Part shown: positions 27,134 to 33,349 of the stretch, piece after piece
Position numbering within the stretch: the stretch's first letter is position 1
Layout: the number at the start of each line of letters is the position of its first letter
Source: a virus
Lineage: Duplodnaviria > Caudoviricetes
Direction: 5' to 3' (one strand)
Virus record (IMG/VR): IMGVR_UViG_3300028586_000791
Location: 1-33,349 of that record
DNA length: 33,349 nucleotides
Translations under genes and position numbers: made by a program
The notes under the pieces: model-generated
Seen by the model: only the letters and a program-made list of their open reading frames with translations
Databases searched by the model: none
Told to the model about the DNA's origin: nothing

Positions 27134-27602
27134 TATTGCCCGTTTTAAGCAAATATCTAAAACCCCTTATGATGACAAGCTGCACGAGCAAATACTCGAT
27201 GCGCAGCTGCTGGACCTTCAGCCGCTCATTGGCGAAAGCTTTTTCAACAAAATACTTTCTGCGCCCGAAGATTACAGCGATGTTTTAGAAGGCTGTGTAT
27301 ATGAGCATGACGGTATAAGCTACACTAACTATGGCCTTAGTATGGTGCTGACGTACTTTGCCTATGCCCGGTATATGATGTTCTCGGGTGCTGTAGACAC
27401 GCCGTTTTCGGTAGTCGAAAAACTAAACGACAACAGCAGGCCTATAGAGGCATCGACTAAAAAAACATTGTACACCCTTAACCGGGAAGCGGCAGCGCAG
27501 GTATGGGAGAACGTAAAAAACTATCTTATACGTACTGCACACCCCGATTATAAAACCTGCAGGACAAAACAGGGCGGATTTCGATTTAAAAAAATAGGCT
27601 GA
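27108..27602 (+). CDS. Putative head-tail adaptor (164 aa)
   Basis: I.DAQ..DL.PL.G...GL..VL.YFAYARY motif; follows portal. Confidence 0.6.
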   Translation: MQPLITRSDIARFKQISKTPYDDKLHEQILDAQLLDLQPLIGESFFNKILSAPEDYSDVLEGCVYEHDGISYTNYGLSMVLTYFAYARYMMFSGAVDTPFSVVEKLNDNSRPIEASTKKTLYTLNREAAAQVWENVKNYLIRTAHPDYKTCRTKQGGFRFKKIG

Positions 27603-30097
27603 TGAATATTATATCGACAATAAATGATAAGCGTTTCTCCTTCAATAACATCCAATACTTAAAGAACTATGTTACAGAGGTTCACGGCAATAAAATAGAG
27701 ATATTTAATTGTTATGAGCGGGAAGATGTACTGGCAGAACTTGCGCACTACAATACTTTTATAGTTGATGGCGTTCGGTACCCTAATGCCCTTGCCCTTC
27801 AGGCAGCGTTATTGCCCGTGTTGTACTCACGAAGTAACCTTGGCGGCGATAGCCCTGATATCGATCAGGATAACATAGAGATTGTCCATTATATAAGAAG
27901 CGCATCAGCGTCTGCCGAAAGTGTGTTGGCACAGATAAATAGCCTTGAGATGTATACGCTGGATGCCAAGCAAAGCCTTTGGTTTGTAGTAACCATTCCC
28001 GGGGCAGCAGGGTTAAACGGCAGGGCATTACAGCCGCACACGTATAAATACAAAATGATAAACTATGGCAAGGGAACGTACGGGCAGGACGCATTCCAGT
28101 TGGCAGTAACCGATATAGAACTTGTGTATGCTGCCGAAGCAACGGTTCAGGACATCAGGCTGCAGCCGGATACGCGGGTTGTAACTGTTGGCAGTACTAC
28201 ACAAACCATCAGCAGCTGGGTTAACAGCCAAAGCCCTGCATTAGCTATATCGGCGCATTCCGAAGCTTATACCCTATTTAACGCTACTATAAACGGAACG
28301 GAAGTATCTTATATATGGGCAGGCGGGGCAGGCACTTATGGCAGCAATAGCAGCCGCAGCGTAGCATCCGACTTTTTATTGCTGCCTGAAACGGTCGTAG
28401 CCACAAATCAGGACAACATAGATATTAAAAAGACCTTTGTGCTGCAGGGCTTATACGATATTAATACAATACTGGGTAAAATAAATAACCTGGCTCCCTA
28501 TGCGGTGAATGATAAACAGTCGGTTTGGTTTGTGAGCAGGTCGGTATCAAGGCCATTGGCGCCAAATCTTGATTTGCTGCGGCCGGCAGTAATAAATCCG
28601 CTACTGCTGAAGTACAAAATGCTGAATAAGGGAAAAGGTATTTACGGCGCGGGGCAAACGCAACTTACCGCAGCTGATATTGAATTGGTGTACAGCAACG
28701 AAGCCTCATTAAACGATATTGAAGTTGCTGTAGAAACTGATATTGTGCCATTTACCCTTACGGCAGGGCAAACTATAAGTCAGTGGCTCAATACCGTTAG
28801 CCCGACAAAAACCATACAGCCGCAGGAAGAGGGTTATACCCTGTTTAAAAGCACTGCTGCGGATGATCAAACCTATTTATGGATAGGGAATGCCGGCACT
28901 TACGGCAGCGGCAGGTTACAGTCATCAGAAAATAATTTTCAGTTGCTTAACGAAGCGATCACTCCGGTAAACCAGGATAACATCGATATTAAAAAATCGT
29001 TTACGATACCTAACAATTACACCACCGCAACAATACTTGCAGCCATAAACCGCTTAAGGGCATACGAAATAAAGGAGACGCAATCGGTGTGGTTTATAGG
29101 CAGTCAGCGGGCATTGATACAAAGGCCGTTAACCCCAGGCGTGACAGGACCTATACGTTTTGTAGCTCCCCTTGTACTAAAATACAAAATGCTCAACAAA
29201 GGCAAGGGATGGTATGGGCAGGGAGGCATTGCGCTAACATCGGCCGATATCGAATTGGTTTACACCAACGAGGCATCGTTAGAAGATCTTGAAAGTGGTG
29301 CAGAAACTCAGATTATCGAGTTTAACCTGATACAAGGGCAAACGGTAAGCGATTGGTTAAATAACCAAAACCCAAATATAACCATACAGCCACAGGAAGA
29401 AGGCTACACCATTTTTAAGGGAGTTTTAAATGGTGAAGAGGTATCCTATTTGTGGATAGGCACTGCGGGACGCTACGGTGCCGGCAGGACGCCAGGTACA
29501 GATGAAGATTTCCAGTTGCTAAATGATGTGTCTCCTGCCCCTTTTGTGCCAACCTACTCACAGGTTTTGGCTCAAAATAACAGGACATTAGAATATGCCA
29601 TACACGTCCATGAAGATACCGATGCTACCACTGCCTATGGCGCTGATATACAACACAGGAGCAGGGCGGGCAATAGCATCTCTATAGACTTTGAACAGCC
29701 GGTAGGCACTGTTCGGTATCTTATCCCTGCAAAGCAGGCTGATGATAGTTTTGCAATGCAGAGCGATGTACATAAGCCTGTTAAAACAATAAGTATGACT
29801 ACACCCGGCTTTGAAGACAGCACTTACACCCTTCACGCAGAAGACAGGGACAAGTGGCTGGTATTTATGATCTCAACTGATTTTATAATCAAAGTACCTG
29901 ATGCGATTTTTGCAGCTCATACACTTATTGAAGGTGAGGTAGCCGATGTTGGACAGGCAACATTTTCCGGGGACGGAATAACACTACACTATGGAGCGTC
30001 AGAAAATCCTAAAACCGCCGAGAAGAATAGTGTATTTGGGCTGAAGTTCAGGACGGCTACAGATGTATCATTATATGGCAAACTCGAATTACGATAA
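27602..30097 (+). CDS. Putative tail fibre with three internal repeats of about 185 aa (831 aa)
   Basis: Repeats start at QDNI and share QS.WF, KYKM.N.GKG.YG, DIELVY, YTLF, Y.W.G.AG.YG; fibre-type C-terminal domain. Confidence 0.62.
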   Translation: MNIISTINDKRFSFNNIQYLKNYVTEVHGNKIEIFNCYEREDVLAELAHYNTFIVDGVRYPNALALQAALLPVLYSRSNLGGDSPDIDQDNIEIVHYIRSASASAESVLAQINSLEMYTLDAKQSLWFVVTIPGAAGLNGRALQPHTYKYKMINYGKGTYGQDAFQLAVTDIELVYAAEATVQDIRLQPDTRVVTVGSTTQTISSWVNSQSPALAISAHSEAYTLFNATINGTEVSYIWAGGAGTYGSNSSRSVASDFLLLPETVVATNQDNIDIKKTFVLQGLYDINTILGKINNLAPYAVNDKQSVWFVSRSVSRPLAPNLDLLRPAVINPLLLKYKMLNKGKGIYGAGQTQLTAADIELVYSNEASLNDIEVAVETDIVPFTLTAGQTISQWLNTVSPTKTIQPQEEGYTLFKSTAADDQTYLWIGNAGTYGSGRLQSSENNFQLLNEAITPVNQDNIDIKKSFTIPNNYTTATILAAINRLRAYEIKETQSVWFIGSQRALIQRPLTPGVTGPIRFVAPLVLKYKMLNKGKGWYGQGGIALTSADIELVYTNEASLEDLESGAETQIIEFNLIQGQTVSDWLNNQNPNITIQPQEEGYTIFKGVLNGEEVSYLWIGTAGRYGAGRTPGTDEDFQLLNDVSPAPFVPTYSQVLAQNNRTLEYAIHVHEDTDATTAYGADIQHRSRAGNSISIDFEQPVGTVRYLIPAKQADDSFAMQSDVHKPVKTISMTTPGFEDSTYTLHAEDRDKWLVFMISTDFIIKVPDAIFAAHTLIEGEVADVGQATFSGDGITLHYGASENPKTAEKNSVFGLKFRTATDVSLYGKLELR

Positions 30098-30099
30098 CT

Positions 30100-31722
30100 A
30101 TGGGAACAATTTTAGCAAGCAGGATGCGGCAGCGAATCATGCCTTTTATCTCCACTTGGAAAACCGAAAATATTGGCGAGGGAAGCAGTAATTCGAACCA
30201 GGTAAAGATACCTCTTTATGAAGATGGTATTTATGATTTTAAAGTGGATTGGGGCGATGGGACGGCCTCGAGAATAACAGATTATGATCAGGATGAGGTG
30301 ACGCATACATACGCAGTAACAGGCACCTATACTATAACTATTAAAGGTACCTTGATAGGATTCCGTTTTAATACTACCGGCGACAAGTTGAAGATACTAA
30401 ATGTGCAACAGTGGGGTTGTCTGAGGATTGGTAATTTGGGGCGGGCTTTTAATGGCTGTGCCAATTTAACCCTGAACGATGTAAGTGATGTTTTGAATTT
30501 AAAGGGCGTTACTGATGTAAGTTACATGTTTTCGGGATGTAGCGCACTGACAAATGTTAATCATATCACGGACTGGGACGTTAGTAATGTAATTAACATG
30601 AGTGGAATGTTCTGGCAGGCTTTAGTATTCAACCAATCGCTCAATGGATGGGATACGGGTAAAGTAACGAATATGAGTTTCATGTTCCAGGAGGCAGCGT
30701 TATTTAACCAACCGTTGGATGAATGGAATACTGGTTCGGTAACCACGCTTTACCAAACGTTCAGGGAGTGTAAAGCATTCAACCAAAATATAAATTCGTG
30801 GGATGTAAGTAATGTTACGACGATGCGAGGGGTCTTCTATTTGGCAGGCAATTATAATATGCCATTAGATCTATGGAGTACCGGAAATGTAACTGAAATG
30901 TACAGTATGTTTAATGGTGCCTCCTCCTTTAATCAACCGCTTAACAACTGGAACGTAAGCAACGTAACAAATATGCAATCGATGTTTTACCTAACTACGT
31001 TCAATCAGCCATTAAATAGTTGGGATACGAGTAACGTGACTAATATGGCTCAAATGTTTGGGAGAGCCACGGCGTTTAACCAACCTTTAAATAACTGGGA
31101 CACCAGCAATGTCACAGATATGACCAATATGTTCAGGCTGGCACCGGGGCTTACAGGTGTTTTCAATCAGGACATTTCAATGTGGGATACCGGAAAAGTT
31201 ACGACCATGTTCTATATGTTTGCGTATAACCCTGTATTCAACCAGCCACTTGCAAACTGGAATCTATCAAATGTAGAAGTAGCCAGTTCGATGTTCAGGC
31301 AGACATCTGCTTTTAACAAGCCACTAAACACCTGGAATACCGAAAAAATAATCGAAATGGACTACATGTTTGCAGAAGCAAAAGCCTTTAATCAACAGTT
31401 AAGTAACTGGAATACTGCAAATGTAACTGTAATGTCTAATATGTTTCAAAACGCCACGGCTTTCAATCAGAATATCAGTAATTGGAACGTTGCTAAGGTA
31501 ACCGGATTCACGAATTTTATGGCGGGTAAATCATCGGCAAACTACTCCGTTGCAAATTATAATGCCTTGCTTAACGCATGGGCCGCACAAAATGTAGCTA
31601 CCGGCAAAGCTATACATTTCGGAAGTATAAAATACTCTGCAGCCGGACAGCCGGGACGTACCACACTTACATCTTCAAAAAGATGGACCATTAATGATGG
31701 TGGGTTAAGCCAATCAGTGTAA
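30100..31722 (+). CDS. PKD plus DUF285/BspA-type repeat protein (540 aa); candidate adhesin
   Basis: VDWGDG..THTY...GTYTITI PKD motif; 13 repeats of about 25 aa FNQPL..W....V..M..MF. Confidence 0.85.
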   Translation: MGTILASRMRQRIMPFISTWKTENIGEGSSNSNQVKIPLYEDGIYDFKVDWGDGTASRITDYDQDEVTHTYAVTGTYTITIKGTLIGFRFNTTGDKLKILNVQQWGCLRIGNLGRAFNGCANLTLNDVSDVLNLKGVTDVSYMFSGCSALTNVNHITDWDVSNVINMSGMFWQALVFNQSLNGWDTGKVTNMSFMFQEAALFNQPLDEWNTGSVTTLYQTFRECKAFNQNINSWDVSNVTTMRGVFYLAGNYNMPLDLWSTGNVTEMYSMFNGASSFNQPLNNWNVSNVTNMQSMFYLTTFNQPLNSWDTSNVTNMAQMFGRATAFNQPLNNWDTSNVTDMTNMFRLAPGLTGVFNQDISMWDTGKVTTMFYMFAYNPVFNQPLANWNLSNVEVASSMFRQTSAFNKPLNTWNTEKIIEMDYMFAEAKAFNQQLSNWNTANVTVMSNMFQNATAFNQNISNWNVAKVTGFTNFMAGKSSANYSVANYNALLNAWAAQNVATGKAIHFGSIKYSAAGQPGRTTLTSSKRWTINDGGLSQSV

Positions 31723-31755
31723 GCCTTCTTGAATATTTGTAAATATTCTTATAGT

Positions 31756-32190
31756 ATGAAACCTATTCAATCTATAGCAGTCTTTCTATTCGCGTATTTT
31801 CTCCCTGTGCAGGGGATACTTATTGCAGTAGGTGCTGCAATAGCGCTGGATACCATAACAGGCATTTATAAATCTGTTAAAACGGGACAGCCCTTAATAA
31901 GCCGGCGCTTCGCCGATGTTATCCTGAAAATGTTTGTGTACGAGTTTGTAACGATTATGATATTTACCATAGACCACTTCCTGCTCTCGGAATTTTTCTG
32001 TCTATGGTTTTCCGTGAATTACTTTTTCACAAAAGCTTGTGCAACTGTACTTATTTTTACCGAAATTGTATCTATAAAAGAAAACATAGAACAAGCCCAC
32101 GGAATAAATTTCCTGAAGCAGTTGCGCAATGCACTCAGGCGCACCAAAGATTTAAAGGATGATATATTTGACATTACAAAAAATTCCTGA
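31756..32190 (+). CDS. Phage holin
   Basis: Multiple TM helices, DTITG and E..SI.EN motifs; directly upstream of endolysin; ATG at 31756. Confidence 0.8.
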   Translation: MKPIQSIAVFLFAYFLPVQGILIAVGAAIALDTITGIYKSVKTGQPLISRRFADVILKMFVYEFVTIMIFTIDHFLLSEFFCLWFSVNYFFTKACATVLIFTEIVSIKENIEQAHGINFLKQLRNALRRTKDLKDDIFDITKNS

Positions 32191-32720
32191 TGGATGCACT
32201 AACCTTATCCCGCATAAATTTATTACACCCTGCTGTAAGACAGGAAGCACTCGCTGCCTACACGTATATTAACAATAACCTCTTTGGCAAAAATATACGG
32301 CTGAGGTTCTCGCAAACGTTACGCTCTCTTAACGAGCAAAAGACTCTTTATGCTATAGGCCGTACAAAATCCGGAAAGAAGGTTACCAATGCCAAGGCAG
32401 GTCAGTCGATACACAACTACGGACTGGCATTTGACATAGTAATCCTGATAGATAAAAATGGTGACGGCACTTTCGAAACGGCTTCGTATAATATAAAAAG
32501 TGATAACGATAATGACAAAGTTTCCGACTGGATGGAAGCCGTAAATTATTTAAAAAATCTGGGATGGACATGGGGCGGCGACTGGAAATCTTTTCCGGAT
32601 TACCCGCACTTCGAAAAGACTTTTGGTCATAATTGGAAATCGCTTCAGGCAAAATATAAAGCAGGAGATGTATTTACCGAGGTTATAGATGGCACCACGT
32701 ACACTTGGGTTAATGTATGA
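32190..32720 (+). CDS. Endolysin, M15 family peptidase (CwlK/Ply500-like)
   Basis: R....Q..LY..GRT, VTNA..GQS.HNYGLAFD, WGGDW..F.DYPHFE. Confidence 0.9.
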   Translation: MDALTLSRINLLHPAVRQEALAAYTYINNNLFGKNIRLRFSQTLRSLNEQKTLYAIGRTKSGKKVTNAKAGQSIHNYGLAFDIVILIDKNGDGTFETASYNIKSDNDNDKVSDWMEAVNYLKNLGWTWGGDWKSFPDYPHFEKTFGHNWKSLQAKYKAGDVFTEVIDGTTYTWVNV

Positions 32721-33349
32721 AAAGCTACATATACCCAGGCATTATTACTGCACTGCTGATAATTTTGTTTTATTCTGTCGACCGATGCCAGGGACTTAGG
32801 CAAGCGGCCGAAACGAATTTAACAGCTTTATCAGATAGTATTGGTTATTATCGAAACCGGTTAGGCACACAAACGGCAAGGATAAAAATACTCGAAGTAA
32901 AGCAATCTGACTTAAAAAAGGTTATACTTTCTAAAGACGAGCAATTAGCAGCACTTTCTAAAGAATTTAGCAGGATCAGGACAATAGTGCAGTATACCCA
33001 ACAGATAACTTACGATACCATTGCTGTTACATACAAGGATAGTGTGCCTTGTATATTCAACCGGTTGGGCACGGTCAACACTAAATGGTATGCCTTTAAA
33101 TACGAGTCAACTAACAACGGCTTTGTTATAGACAGTTTAACGCTCGATAATAAAGTAACCGTAATGAGTGGTTTTAAACGCTCCTGGCTCTTAGGCAGGC
33201 AAACCTTAGTCACCGATGTTACCAATTCAAACCCACACATAATGGTAACCGAATTAAAATCAACCGAAATAGTGATACCGTCACCGTGGTATAAAAAATG
33301 GTATGTGTGTCTTGGCGCAGGAGTTATAGGCACATTGATAGCCCGGTGA
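32717..33349 (+). CDS. Putative spanin-like lysis accessory protein (210 aa)
   Basis: N-terminal TM helix, coiled coil, C-terminal hydrophobic tail; follows endolysin. Confidence 0.5.
   Translation: MKSYIYPGIITALLIILFYSVDRCQGLRQAAETNLTALSDSIGYYRNRLGTQTARIKILEVKQSDLKKVILSKDEQLAALSKEFSRIRTIVQYTQQITYDTIAVTYKDSVPCIFNRLGTVNTKWYAFKYESTNNGFVIDSLTLDNKVTVMSGFKRSWLLGRQTLVTDVTNSNPHIMVTELKSTEIVIPSPWYKKWYVCLGAGVIGTLIAR

Larger units (their letters stand above)
1..33349. mobile_element. Prophage-derived region (split, no integrase in window)
   Basis: Packaging, head, tail, lysis and repressor genes all present; no recombinase or att repeats seen. Confidence 0.8.

Noticed and set aside
30100-31722. Diversity-generating retroelement target
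   Set aside because: No reverse transcriptase and no adenine-specific template/variable repeat pair seen; the repeats are ordinary protein repeats
1-33349. att sites, integrase, tRNA, transposase, contractile sheath
   Set aside because: None recognisable; the window begins and ends exactly at gene ends, so flanks cannot be judged

Overview
A Bacteroidota-type (most likely Flavobacterium) chromosomal segment carrying an apparently complete siphovirus-like morphogenesis gene set in two divergent arms. Left arm (minus strand, 1-16597): a short early/replication region, an AT-rich kinase/STAS/PIN cassette, terminase small and large subunits, tail genes and a tape measure. Right arm (plus strand, 22116-33349): Clp-type prohead protease, major capsid, tail tube, portal, adaptor, fibre, a DUF285 repeat protein and holin/endolysin/spanin-like lysis genes. 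Between the arms lie a CI/LexA-type repressor, a 1.4 kb palindromic repeat array, dinB and four paralogous small membrane proteins. No integrase, excisionase, recombinase or helicase is visible. About 5 kb of intergenic space is dominated by at least six families of host-type REP-like palindromes, and one copy sits in frame inside the replication gene, yet the virion ORFs look intact. The best reading is a long-resident, rearranged and possibly domesticated prophage (gene transfer agent or PBSX-like candidate) that also hosts a candidate kinase-switched toxin-antitoxin defence module. All family assignments come from motif recognition by eye; no searches were run.
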